Of a DNA stretch of 64,000 nt, positions 12,091 to 24,590 are shown in pieces; within the stretch, counting starts at the first letter, position 1; every line of letters starts with the position of its first letter. Source of the stretch: Vicugna vicugna (Eukaryota); contig MU057521.1 of NCBI GenBank assembly GCA_013265495.1, positions 1,686,335 to 1,750,334 of the forward strand. The letters are read 5' to 3'. A model generated the notes under the pieces. The model had not been told where the DNA came from, did no database searches, and saw only the letters and a list, made by a program, of their open reading frames with translations. The position numbers and the translations under genes were made by a program.

Positions 12091-14667
12091 TGTCAAATGA
12101 GGAAGAGAGAGAAAGTGTGTTTTAAATCACTTTCTATTGTGGTCAGGTTTCTATCTCAGTTGGAAATACTTGCTTTTGCTGTCCATCTTTCCTCTTAGGT
12201 AACATAAGAAATGCCTTAAACCTGTAGGAAATTAGAGTAACATTTCTAAAATAAAAGTTATAACAATGGCTCCAACATTAAACTGGCAGGTGTCGGTTCC
12301 TTGTGTGATGTTAATATTTATTAGAGCATAGGACAATTGGAATGCCTCTGAATTGAGAAGTTTCAGAATCAGCAGAGAGAGCTAAAATAATTCCTTATCT
12401 CATAGAATAAGTCTGACACAAAGGAGTGTGCACTGGGGTGACTGCCCAGGTGTGAATCACTTATTCATCTCCATACTCCCCAGAGCTGAGTCCTGAGGGT
12501 GCGTCTGATTTGGAACACACAGGGCACCTAGGGACGGCGCAGACAACAGGATATTTTAATTCACTCAGAACAAGGCAAGAAGGATTTTATTCAGACTGGG
12601 ATGTTTAGGGCTTTCCAGGGACAGACTGATTTTTATCATTGGGTTCCAGGACTATTCAGGCCCCCTGAGAAGTTTTCTAACTAGGGAGTAAAAAGCCAGT
12701 CTCTGTTGATGTCTTCACACTCTTCTCATTTATATCCCTAAATAAATCTCAGCCTTAGTCCTCTCTGTCTGGTGATGTGCTCTGGGGCTTCTCTAGGATT
12801 TTTGTGGAGTTGGAGAATTGAAGGACTATTCTTTTGTACCCCTGTTGTCTTTTTCGTCAGTCTCTAATTACTCACAGATCTACATAAATGTGACAGGTTA
12901 ACAAGCATCCTTGAAGCCACTCTCTGATGTGGCTGAATAAAATGCCTGCTTTGCATTCATTTTGTACGTGTGTGTATGTGTTTAAGTAGCTCAGATTCCT
13001 TGTTAGAGAATGGTAGTGTATTAAAGTCATGGAAATTGGATTTTGGAAATCCACGTGCCTGCTGTTCCTAATTTTTATTCTTGTACTTACCTTTCAGTTT
13101 TCTTCTGAATCTCCTCTTCCTCCCTACAGGAAGAGACTCTAATATAGGAAGGAGCTCTTAGACTGGGAGCCTGGGCATCTTTCTCTCTGGGTGTACATGA
13201 ATTTGTGCAGAATGGGACAAGTGAATGACTGTGGTCTAATCCATCACTGGCAGCCTTTGACAAGTCACATCTATTGTGAAGTCTTCTGGGCTTCCTACCC
13301 CACTGTGGGAGTGTTAGCACTTGGTGGACAAACAGTTCAGCGGAGTTCTTCACCGAGAGTGCTAGCCGTGTAGTTGTCTGCTGGGCCCAAGTTCAAACAG
13401 CTGAACCACTATTACACTTCATTCTGGCCCAGCCCCAGCAAATGTATGTAGTGTGCAGTATTTATTTTATAAAATATTCTGATATACTGGGAGAAAGAGG
13501 AAGTGAAATTCAAACCTGCTGGTTTTGTTATTTGCAAACATTTCTGCCCTAAACTATGTATTGGGAGGGTTCAGTCTTTGGATCTTCTTAAGACCTATTT
13601 TTGGTGCCGCTGCTCTTCCTGCTTCCTTCTTCAATAGGTAATTGACATCTACCAAAGCTATTTGGCACTTACATTAATTTTTAATATTCATAAGAATATA
13701 ATTTCTCTTGAGTCTGTTTCTTCTGTTAGCCCTTGGCAGCTAGACAAACTTCCAAATAAGTATAACACATCTGGCTTGGGACCTATTTGAGGGCATGTGT
13801 CCCTCATTAATTTATTTCTGAGCATGGACGTCAGTTCTCTTTGATAAATATTCAGTGTGTGGAACTGGGAAGTCTTTTCCTTTTTGTGTGTACAACTCCA
13901 TCACATGTGGACCACAGTAGTTCTCCCATTCAGTTAATGGGAACTTGTCTGAATGTCATTCTGTCAAATTCAATTTCCAACAGGGAAATGAGGACTTGTC
14001 AGATCTTTCTCCTCTCTCTGAGCCCTTAGTGCATCTTTCTCTGTTTCTGTGTTCCTTCCGCGAGTTACAAGCATTACATCCTTCATAGATTGATGTCAAG
14101 TTTATCTTTGAGGACTTAGCCTATCTTGGTAGAGTAGTATTTTCTTACTAAAAAAGTCATTCATTTTTAATTGCCCCCTTAATAGTAAATGTATAGTGAA
14201 TATCTGTAAGAGGAAGTATATTAGCAGCTAATTCCATTAAAACTGGTTAGGTTCATTAAATATTAGATCTTGAATGTTATCTTCCTATCTGTCTGTATTT
14301 TCTTAGTATACTGAAATTAAGTCTAGCATTTATGAAAATCTTGAAGTCATCTCTTTTTTAAATGTAAAATTAAATCATGAAGGATGTAACAGAAAATAAA
14401 ACTTGGATTTTTAACAGAGGAGTTAAAAATGGCTTTTCCCTAGGGTTTTAAGGAAAACGCTCTTCTTAATATTAAAAGGTACAAATGGAGTAGATGTGGT
14501 AGTTCTGATAATAATTGCATTACTGAATGTTTCAGATTCTCTCAATTATAAATTAGACTGTTTGCCTATAATTATTCTCTTTTGTGTAAGTAATTTATCT
14601 GGTAGGCTGGTGAGTAGCAAAAAGCTCATTTCTTTTAGACTAAAATGTTTACTTGTGTTTGTTGCAG

Positions 14668-14864
14668 GAAAACCTCACAGCACCGGTAGCTCTGAACGGA
14701 TTCAGCTCTCAGGAATGTATAATGTCCGTAAAGGCAAAATGCAGTTGCCAGTGAGCCGATGGACCAGACGCCAAGTCATCCTGTGTGGGACCTGCCTAAT
14801 AGTCTCGTCTGTGAAAGACAGCTTGGCCGGAAAGATGCATGTCCTGCCACTGATTGGTGGGAAA
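14668..14864 (+). CDS. PHLPP1: PHLPP1 internal coding exon (probable exon 2), 197 bp; start of PH domain: (G)[65 protein letters not shown]
   Basis: Acceptor ttgtgtttgttgcAG (AG 14666-14667) and donor AAA|GTAAGT (14865-14870). Translation lies within ORF 14496..14891 and matches mammalian PHLPP1 as I recall it. Enters in phase 1, exits in phase 0. Confidence 0.97.
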
Positions 14865-16109
14865 GTAAGTTTAACACAAACCAAAGATTGAAAGATTTTC
14901 TGGGGTCTTTAAGGAGCTGACTTTGAGCCATTTCTGTAGTAAGGGGTGGATGGTTTTTGACTCGTCTGAGGCCTTACTCGGTTCCTGTTGTGCCTCCGCC
15001 TGTGGGGCATTTTTGGTTGGTAGAGTTTTGGAAAATAACAGTGCCATTGGATCATGTGAGGCCCTGGTTATATTCACTTCATTAGCACGTGCATCTTACC
15101 TATGGGACTGAAAATAGAGCAGCTATAACGTCACTGTTGTATTTCAGACTGGAGATGATAAATTATTATTTATGAGAAGACGTATTTTGGTATCATGAGC
15201 ATGTGTTTTGTAGTGTAGTAGCATGATCCCCAAGTCCATGACTTTAGGATCATTCAGGCATGCTTATCAAAGGTTGGACTCTCTGGCAGGAGCCTCTGAT
15301 CCCACTTTGCCTTACCTCTCTGTTTATTTGTGTTTAGTGACCAGTGGGTTTAGCACTTTCAGTCTATCACTACGACTAGTCATGAGTTTTGAACCTGAAA
15401 TGCTACTCATTTCGGAGAAAACACTGGCTGCTTTCTTTTGGGCATGTTAACTGTTTTATTCCTGTCATTTATAAGGTAGAAACAAATTGCTTAGGAAAAT
15501 ATTACATTCTTTCCTTTGCCAGATTTACTTATAAACTCCAAGCATTGGTAGGGATATCATTACCATAATTATATGCCAGTATTCCCTGATTTTTAAATGA
15601 TAGGATAATCTGTTAATAATGGAGAAGGCAGTTTTGGATGAAGAAATGGATTTATGGAAATCAGGGACATATTAAAAATGTTTTTGTTTATCATTTTTCC
15701 ACCTGAATAGGCGAGGGAAAGGAGACAAAGCATGGAAAACAGAGAGAGAGGAAAAATAAGAAACCTACTTTTGTTAAAATGAACTTTTTGTTTTTAGTCA
15801 TTTCTTTTTTTGTCCCTTTTAATCTGAAACAGTTCTCAGCTTTTTTTTTTTTCATTCATGACCTTGACATTTTGAAGCGTTTAGACCAGTTGTTTGGTGA
15901 TTGTCCCTCAATTTGCATTTATTTGTCTGAGGAATCTGTATTTTTAACATCTGCCTCCACCTTGAGCACTTTAAGAGGATTGGGCAGCCCTAAGATGCAA
16001 ATACACGGAACTCTGACGTCTCAGTAATGCCGATGCTCAAAGGACTTTTTAAAAAAAAGCTTCGTGGGATACCAGATTTAGCTCCTCAGTGGGTTTTAGA
16101 GTTTGGGAC

Positions 16110-16288
16110 TTTTTTTTCAACTTTTTTTATTGAGTTATAGTCATTTTACAATGTTGTGTCAAATTCCAGTGTACAGCACAATTTTTCAGTTATACATGAA
16201 CTTACGTATATTCATTGTCACATTTTTTTTTTTTTGGCTGTGAGCTACCACAAGATTTTGTATATATTTCCCTGTGCTATACAGTATA
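16110..16288 (-). mobile_element. 5'-truncated younger LINE-1 3' end
   Basis: Poly(T), then ttattgagttatagtcattttacaatgttgtgtcaaattccagtgtacagcaca...ttccctgtgctatacagta, typical of a laurasiatherian L1 3'UTR read on the minus strand. Confidence 0.75.
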
Positions 16289-17416
16289 CTGTACTATGCA
16301 GTATACTGGCAAATATTTGATCTGTTGGTTCTAGGGATTAGAAATGAAAGAGTTAAGAAAGACCAGATGTGTACAGCAATAAATGGTTTTGTTGTTCACC
16401 TGCTATGTAGCAAGTTCATTCTTTATCCATAAAATAAAGTTTAAACTAGTCCTTCCTTATGAGTAAACAACCCATGTCAGTTTTTTGCCTTCTACTATTA
16501 TATATTCTAGTTTTAAGACTACTACTTCAGTGTTTAAGAAAACAGATTTTGGCTAGTCTGCAAAGTGTCTTTAGATCTATTTCAGTCATTCATTTTGAAA
16601 CTGTGGCTTCTTAACTTTTATCTAAGCATTGAAAAATTAATGATAGTTTATTACTGAAGATCTTGTCCTTTGGATGGATTACTGAAAACTTAGTCATCAT
16701 TATTACTGCCATAAGTCATCATTAAAAATGTGCATTTAATATCTGATGCCCTGTTAGACCAACAGTCTGTTTCTTCTCTATGATGTTGGGCATTTGCATA
16801 GGCAAATTTAATATTTCTATTAAATATTAATATTTAATTAATATTTCTTCCCTCTGTGGGGAAGCCACCTTGCTTGACGATTCAGAAATACCAGGATGGG
16901 TAAGTCACCATCCCTGCATTTGAATAGCTTGTAATTTACTGTCTGGAGGTGAAGGATGGACACAGTAGTATCTGCTCTATGAGAGGTGTAGAAAGCAGTG
17001 TGGGAGATAAGTGCAAGGGCAGATTACATTTTGTTGGGGGGAATCAGGGTTTTGTGATGAAGCATGGAAGAACTTGAAGGGTGAAAATTCTCTTGACATA
17101 TGAAGGAGATGGTTGGAAAGATTATTGTGCTCAGAGAAGCAGAGGCAGGAAAGCAGTGGAATGTTCAGATCAGGTCAGGAGATCCAGTTGTAATTAGCAT
17201 TTTCATTCAGTGCTGGAGATTTGTTCTGTTTCCCAGGCCTATTATTGGATGTACTTCTACCATTGAGTGCACTGAAAGTTAATAGCTTCCTTTTCTCACA
17301 GATAAACCTTGTAAAACCTGTTCTGTGCTACGCCTTTAAAAATAACTGAGTATGTGGAAAAATCGAGTCTTTTAAAATCTGTTAAAAATCAGGAAAACAT
17401 AATTCACTCTTTGCAA

Positions 17417-17482
17417 TCTGAGTTTTCATTAATGTTTGTTTCTTTTCTTTCTGAGTTTTCATTAACGTTTGTTTCTTTTCTT
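17417..17482. repeat. 33-bp tandem duplication, 2 copies, 1 mismatch
   Basis: tctgagttttcattaaYgtttgtttcttttctt at 17417-17449 and 17450-17482. Confidence 0.95.
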
Positions 17483-17797
17483 ACTCAGTTCTGTTGTTAA
17501 AGGAAAAATGGAGAGTAAATGGAAGAGGGTTTTTTTTTTTTCCAATTTATATTAAAAAAGAGCTAAATATGAAGTGTGAGATAGATGGGTCATGACTTGC
17601 TGTAATTACTGTGATAATCAAATTTAACACACTACTTGAGCATGATCATTAGTTTATATTTTCAAATGTAGAATTCCAAATGTGAAGTTAAGTAAAGCTT
17701 TATTAAAGTTTAATTGCTGAAAAAATCTAATAAATAAGTTTTCATTCATTGTGCAATTATTATATTTAATTTGTTCTTTCAAATGTAGCATAAAATT

Positions 17798-17885
17798 TTA
17801 GATAACTTTATTTTACTTTATATAATATTTTACTTACTATTAGATAACTTATATTTTACTTTATATAATATTTTACTTACTATTA
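17798..17885. repeat. 42/43-bp AT-rich tandem duplication, 2 copies
   Basis: ttagataactt(a)tattttactttatataatattttacttacta occurs twice with a 1-nt indel. Confidence 0.95.
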
Positions 17886-18378
17886 AGTTACAAAGTGTAA
17901 TAATTTGAGTAACTGTTTACTTACTACTCAATTTAGGAATCACAGCTATGTCAGTATCAGTGTTTCTGCCTGAGTTCTCTTCACATCTGTCCCATTGCCT
18001 CCTCCTGTCCCAGAGGGATCCACTGTCCCAGCATATGTATTCATCATTTTCTTACTTTTTTGAAATAAATTTTATCATATAACTATGTTTTGCTTGTTTT
18101 TGATCTGAATAAAAGTAATAATGCCCAGTGTGTGGTTTTCTGTGACTGAATTTTTCCGCTCAGTATTATGTTTCGTAATAAGATTTTGTTACTTGCTATA
18201 TGTGGTTTTCATATTTGTACACTGTTCCACTCTGGAAATGTTCCACATCTCCATAATTTCTTAAGTAATCTTCTTGTTGATGGACATTTGGGTTGTTTGT
18301 AGGTTTTTGTTGTAAGTGATGCTGCTGAAATAGTCTTATTTTGATACGCTTCCTGGTATACAAGTGGTTTTTCTAGAG

Positions 18379-18981
18379 CAGGATTTCTCAACTTTTGTTG
18401 CTGTGTCTGAAGGGGACATTTGCTAATATTAGCAAATGTTTTGATTGTCAAGTGATTGGATAGTCAGTTGATGTAAGCTAAGTTATGTTGTGGTAACAAA
18501 ACCCCCCACATCTCAGTGACTTATGAGAACAATGTATTTCTCACTCACACTGTTTGTCCAGTATGGGTTTGTGGAGATTTCTTTTTTCAAGTAATTATGT
18601 GGGGACCCAGCCTGATGGAGGTTCTGCTCTCTTAAATAATTATAGTATTTGTAACATGTGGCTTCCTTGGCTGCATAGGCAGGGGAAGAGGTAACTGGAG
18701 GGTCATTAACTGGCTTTTGTGTATTTGATTGTAGAAGTGACACACTCCTCTTCTGCCTGTTGCTCCTTGGCCAGAATTAGTCACGACTCCACCTTAACTG
18801 CAAAGGTTCTAGATAGTGTGTTTGGTTAATACTAATATCTTTTACTGCAAGGGGACACTGTTGACATTTATAGGGCTGGGGCTCAGAGAGTAAAATGTCA
18901 TGCAGAGTATCAGTCCTGCACAATGTACACAAAGAACTATTCAATCTAAAATTTCTATAATGACCTCCTTGAGAAGTACTG
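18379..18981. mobile_element. MER20-like hAT element split in two (about 18379-18455 and 18850-18981)
   Basis: caggatttctcaac...aggggacatttgctaata...ttttgattgtca, then ggggacactgttgacatttataggg...cacaaagaactattcaatctaaaa...ttgagaagtactg. Left flank ttctagag fits the hAT target preference. Confidence 0.7.
18456..18849. mobile_element. MLT1 (J/K-like) solo LTR nested in the MER20-like element
   Basis: tagtcag...taagttatgttgtggtaacaaaacccc...atctcagtgactta...ttggccagaattagtcacgactccaccttaactgcaaagg. Confidence 0.75.
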
Positions 18982-21670
18982 CTCTTAGGGACATACTCAA
19001 GAGTGCAGTCACTGGGCTGTAGGGCATATGTGCACCTTGACTTTTACAAGATGATGTCAAACTGTTATCTAAGGTTGTTGCACCATTTCATAGTCACGTC
19101 AGTGTACAAGTATGCCCATTTCTCTGCATCTTAACCAAACTTTTCTGAGGCATAATAGATATACAACAAACTGCACATTTTGATAACAATTTGATGGCTG
19201 TATTATATTCCCACGAATACAGTTTGATAGATATATACACCTGTGAACATCCATCACCACACTCAAGGTAGTGATCATATCATCACCAAAAGTTCCCTTG
19301 TGCTCCTTTGTTTCCTTTCTGTTCCTGCTTTTCCACTCCCTCCTTCCCATTCCCAAAAAACACTGCCTGATTTCTGTCAATATAGATTAAATAGCATTTT
19401 AAAAAAAATCATGTTTTCTCTTTGGTGTATAGAAATGTGGTTGATTTTTGAGTGTTGATCTTATGTCTGGCCATCTTGCTAAGTTTTCTTATGCATTCTA
19501 ATATAATGTCTAGATTTTTTGGAGTTTGCTGTGTAGCTAATCATCTCATATTCAAATAATGACAACTTCTTTTCTTTCTTAATACATTTCTTTGTCTTAT
19601 GGTAATGACCAGGATTCTGGTACAGTACTGAACAGGAAAAGTAGATACTTGTCTTATCAGTGATCTTAAAGAGAGTGGTATCATTAACATTGACACTTGC
19701 CTTAGATGTTCAATAAATATCCTTTGTTGGTTTAAGTGAGTTATTTGTGTTCTTAGTTTGCTAAAGAGGTTTGTTTTTGTTTTTGTTTTTGTTTTATCAT
19801 GAATGGATGGTGAATATTATCAAATGCTTTTTCTGCCACTGTGGGGAAGATCATATGGTTTTCTTCAATCTGTTAATGTGTGTGTTCATGACTAAGGTTG
19901 GCCTGTAGATTCCTTTCTCTTAGTGTTCTGATCTGTTTTTGGTTATAGTATCCTCATAGAATAGGTTGGGGTGTTTTTCTTCTTTTTTACTTTGGTGGAT
20001 GAGTTTGCACAAGTTTGGAATGATCTATTTCTTAGAATTGGTAAAACTCACCTATAAAATGATATGGGCCTGATATTTTCTTGATAATTAAAAAAAATTC
20101 ATTCAACTTTTTAAACGGTAATAGGACTACTTAGGCCTTCTTTTTTTTTTTTTCCCTTGTTTGGGTGTTGGTAAAATATATTTTTCTAAAAATTTACCAC
20201 AAATTGTTTATAACAATCTTTTTAAAATCCTGCTTAATCTATGGTATCTCCCTTCTCATTGTTAATATTATTTATATCTTCTATGTTATTTATACCTTAT
20301 ATCAACTGTATCTTCAGCTGATATCATTGATCAATATCATTTGATACTCAGTTTTGTTAGCCTTTTCAAAGAATCAGTGTTTTGCTTTGTTAATGTTTTC
20401 TGTTGTGTATTTGGTTTTCATGTCATTAGTTTCTGCTTTTTATTATCACCTTCATTTTACTTTTTCACTCAGTTTTTGTTTTTAATATTTCTTTCCCTAA
20501 GTTCTTGAGATACATGCCAATCAAATTAATTTTCTGCCTTTTCTGAGTACTTAAAATCATAAATTTCCCTCTATGTACCTGTCTTTGTTGCATTCCATAC
20601 ATTTCAATATGTAGTATTTTTTAGTGGTTTAGTTCCAAGAATTTCTAAATTTTGATTACAATTTATTTTTTTATCTGTGAGTTGTTTAGAAGTGTATTAT
20701 TAACTTTCTAAACATATGCAGATTTTTAATTGATTTACTTATTATGGTTTTTTTTAACATTGAATTTTTTATTCTTTGTCTTATTATCCAAACTATTCAT
20801 CTGGGATTAAAAAGTTCTAGTCTTTTTTAATGAAATTTGATATTTTTCTCTAAACTCTTTTCTACAGGGTATCCCATATTTTCTTTCTTTCTTTCTTTTT
20901 TTAATTATTGATTTTTAACTTAATTTTATTTTGATCCCAGAACGTAGTTTGTGTGATACTGATTTTTTGAAGTTTTTTACACTTTCTTTGTGAAGTGGGC
21001 GTTTTTGTAAATGAAATACAGGAAACATTCAGCCTATGAAACATGTGAGTTTGTGTAATGTCATGTTGCTTTATTGTTTGGACTTTTTCTCCTTCTGAAG
21101 AATTTACTAGGAGTGGAAATTTAATTTGACTATATCACTGCATTACTAGGACTTGAAATTTCTCATGGTGGGGTTTTATTTCAGGTTAATCTCAATTTTA
21201 CAAGAAAATTTTTAAAAAACTTATTTTACATGCTTGAAGTCCTCTTTTTAAAAAAAGACTGTAATTCAGAGTAATACAAAAGTCCCCTAAGTAAAAATTC
21301 ACCTAAAGTAGAATTCTTAAGTAAAATGTTAAGTAAAAAAAAGACTCCTACAAGAAAGTAAAAACCCCAGCACCCTATCAGGAGGGTACAGAAGGATAAG
21401 AAACGGAGTCTGTTCCCATTTTAAACAGGAAAAAGATAATTTCACTATTATGGGGAAATCTGATGAGGGTAAAACGCCCCCCATTTTGGTTCCTTGTAAT
21501 TCGCATCGGTTGGTCAGACTCAGGAACTTACATGTTTTAAGTCATAAGAGGAACACACGCAGGGATAGATGCAAATCTGAGCAGACTCACTGATCTAAGG
21601 TAAAGCTAACGAGCTATGCAAATGTTCTGCTTTCTGACTTGTTTTTGTCGCTCCTTGTTTATTTTTATAG

Positions 21671-21796
21671 GTAGAAGAAGTGAAAAAGCACCAGCACTGT
21701 TTAGCATTTAGCTCCTCTGGACCCCAAAGCCAGACTTACTACATTTGTTTTGATACGTTCACAGAGTATTTAAGATGGCTTCGACAAGTCTCCAAG
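21671..21796 (+). CDS. PHLPP1: PHLPP1 coding exon (probable exon 3), 126 bp; rest of PH domain: [42 protein letters not shown]
   Basis: Acceptor ttgtttatttttatAG (21669-21670), donor AAG|GTAAGC. 42 open codons in frame with the previous exon, including the PH C-terminal helix Trp (YLRWLRQV). Absent from the ORF track; translated by hand. Confidence 0.97.
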
Positions 21797-22303
21797 GTAA
21801 GCACTTAACAAGAATTCTGTTTAGCTTCTGGCTGGCTAAAGAGTTGCTTTCTGCTTTACAAAATATAGTTATACACTCAATTTTTTTTTTTCAGATACTG
21901 CCAGTAGCTAGCAACTTTTAGTTTTTTAAAAGCTCATTTTGGTGGAAAGTAGCTTTTTTAAAATTGTATTTTATTTGCCAGTTTTGTTTGTACTTAAAAA
22001 ATTCAGTGTGTAGACTGGCATTATTGTCTTAATATTATAGGGAAGGAACATAAGACTGAGGATATCTAAGGGACTGGTCCAGGGCAGGACAATTACAAAA
22101 CCACAAAATACCTAGAGAATTGTTAGAAATTTCCCCTTTTCCTCTGACCATTTTTTCTTATAAACAGTCTAGTATATCATCTCTTTTTTCACCTTTTCAA
22201 ATTCTGCCTCTTGAATTATTTAATTTTTTTTCATCTCAGTTATTTTTACCATTTTATAGACCTCTGATTAAATAAGATTACCATGACCAAAGAAACAAAA
22301 TAC

Positions 22304-22306
<3 letters not shown>

Positions 22307-22340
<34 letters not shown>
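22307..22340. repeat. (TG)17 microsatellite
   Basis: Perfect dinucleotide run about 510 nt downstream of the 21671-21796 exon. Confidence 0.98.
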
Positions 22341-22344
<4 letters not shown>

Positions 22345-23149
22345 GGAAACCAGGATAATGTGATAAATAAGATAAAGAAATGCTGGTATTTTAAGAGTTG
22401 TGTGTGAGGATGTTTCTGCATCACATTTGTGGAATTACGTACAGTGGGTTGGATGGCAGTATACTTTGTGCCTTGCTTTTGGGTGTGTTTATGTAATGAT
22501 GAAACCTCTCTGGGGTGCAGAAGCCTTACAGTTGAATTTGCTTTCATATTTTTGAATTTATAATCCAGTTTGTTGTCCAAGTTCAGTGTGAATCAGACTA
22601 CTGCATGATGTAATTATTTGTCAAGTGAGTGAAAAGGAATGACTCTGTTAAACAGTTAACAAAAAATTAGAGAATAACGTCTAGAAAGTCTTTTTGAAAT
22701 ACTGATCACATTTGGATTATCAGGGAAAAACTGCGTTCTCTGATGATTTTAGGAACACTTAGGAACGTTAGTTTCTCTTTTGAGAGAAGAAGCAATGGAC
22801 AGAGTTTAGGTTAATAAGACTAACCTAGCAGGCAAATGGAAGTTCTAAATCTATAGGCCAGTACCCCTACTAGGGAAAGTGGGAAGGATGACACTTGTCC
22901 TTCAGACTTGCACGTAGAATTAACATGATATTGGAGGCAACAAGTACGTCTGCCTAGTTTTCAAATTACATTGTGGTTGCAAATGTGAGGAAACAAATAT
23001 TAAATAAAAATAATATTGTGCTTTTACCATTAAGTGGTTGTATGAGTTCAAAGCAATAAGTCAATGGCCCACACTCTGTTCAGAATAAAATGCCAAACTA
23101 TGGTCAAAGTGCATTTTAAATTTCTTTCTATATGGAGATGTTGGTTTTT

Positions 23150-23520
23150 TTTTAAGTAAATTTTTTGTTTTGGAGTAATCTTCTATTTATAGAAAAATTG
23201 CAAAGACAATGTGGATTGTTTCCATATACCTCTCACCTGACTTCCCAATCATCTTATATTACCATGGTACCTTTGTCAAAATGAGAAACCAACGTTAGTA
23301 CATTACTCTGACCAAACTCCATAATTTATTTGGGTTTCACCAGTTTTTCCATTAATGTCCTCTTTCTGTCCCAGGGTCTTAATACAGGGTAGCACAGTGT
23401 ATTTGGTTTTTCATTTTTCTCCCCTGATCTGTGATGGCGTTTTAGTCTTTCCTTTCATAGCCTTGACAGTTGAGGGGAAGTACTGGTCAGGTGTTTTATA
23501 CTATGTCCTACATGGAGATG
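23150..23520 (-). mobile_element. Old L1 (L1MC4/5-like) 3' fragment
   Basis: tttatagaaaaattgcaaaga...tccatatacctctcacc...ttaccatggtacctttgtcaaaa...cagtttttccattaatgtcctctttctgtcccagg. Confidence 0.6.
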
Positions 23521-23764
23521 TTTTGATCTTTTATGCCAAATGCAGTGTAATAGCTGCTTTATATTCCTTTTGGAACTAGTCAGAGTTATAAATTCTTAGA
23601 CAAACATGGATAAAGATGTAAATAAAAATATATATAACTTATCAGGTGTACCAATGACAGGTTATTTTGATTGAAACAATAACAAAAAGATTAATAGGGA
23701 TTGACTTTAACAGTCTTGTATATTAAACAGCCACACAATTGATAAGTCACTGTTCTAAAGCCGG

Positions 23765-24590
23765 CAAGCATTTATTAAGTACCGTTTGGGTGTCAGGTGC
23801 ATGTTTTATGCACTGGGATACAGCAGAGAAGAAGTCCAGTTTTCCTCTCTGAGTGGGGCTTACACTGGGGATGATAAGTAAACAGGGAAGAAAGAAAATA
23901 CCCGATCATCATGCTATGATACAGAAGTGAAATGACACAGAATGATGGGGAGGGCTGACTCTGAGGAGGAGAACTTTAAACGGATACTTCAGTAAAAGAA
24001 GTATTTGATTATCTGAGGATCTGGTGGGAGGAGCTTTCCAGATAGTGGGAGAAGGGAATATGAGAGCCTAAGACTGGAATGAGGGGTGTGGAGTCAGAGA
24101 AGACAGGGGTCTTATGTTATAGAATAGGATAAGGAGTCTGGATTTTGTTATTGGCATAATGGCGAGGCATTAAAGAATTCTCTTCCAGAAAGTTGCGTGA
24201 TCTCACATTGGCTGTTGTGTAGAGAATGGATTGTAAGTGGGGGAGGGTTTAGCTCAGCGGTAAAGCACATGCTTAGCATGCATGAAGTCCTGGGTTCAAT
24301 CTCCAACACCTCTAATTAAACAAACAAACAAACATATAAATAAATAAGAGGGAAAGAGAATGAATGGACTGTGGAGGGCAAGAATGGAAGCAGAGGGGGC
24401 CTGTCAAGAGGCTCTCGTAGTATATTGGCGGCAAGAGGTGAAGGTGGAAATGGAGAGAAGTGAATAGATGTGTTTTGGGACGTGTTTTGGAAGTCGAGTG
24501 ATAGGTTTACTGTTAAATCACATATACAGCGTGAGAAAAGGGGAGAAGTAAAGAATGGCTTCTAGGTTCTTTGAATTACTGGGTAGATTG
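23765..24590 (-). mobile_element. L2 element interrupted by a SINE
   Basis: caagcatttattaagtacc...gtcaggtgc...ctgggatacagcagagaagaag is an L2 3' end in reverse, followed by a purine-rich L2 body. Confidence 0.75.
24239..24347 (+). mobile_element. Vic-1-type tRNA-Ala SINE inserted in L2
   Basis: ggggagggtttagctcagcggtaaagcacatgcttagcatgcatgaagtcctgggttcaatctccaacacctc with an (AAAC)n/(AAAT)n tail. Degenerate TSD around agagaatg...tgt. Confidence 0.88.

Larger units (their letters stand above)
17935..21010 (-). mobile_element. Old antisense L1 (L1ME/L1M) region interrupted by nested elements
   Basis: T-rich + strand. ORF 18209..18451(-) contains TTKTYKQPKCPSTRRLLKKLW, resembling the ORF2 C-terminus. 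ORF2-like sequence at 19410-21010. A second L1 3' end at about 19140-19390. Confidence 0.8.

Noticed and set aside
14496..14667. N-terminal extension of the exon frame in ORF 14496..14891 ([10 protein letters not shown]..., signal-peptide-like)
   Set aside because: It starts at GTG, runs through the polypyrimidine tract and has intron-like composition; a chance open frame.
16819..16838. Perfect 20-bp palindrome attaaatattaatatttaat
   Set aside because: Pure A/T low-complexity context, where such palindromes arise readily.
17417..17885. Direct repeats of CRISPR-like length
   Set aside because: Only two adjacent copies each, no spacers, no cas genes, eukaryotic intron.
22489..22496. D-box TTATGTAA motifs (also 46234 and 49918) as circadian elements
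   Set aside because: An AT-rich 8-mer expected a few times by chance in this composition; one copy lies in a transposon.
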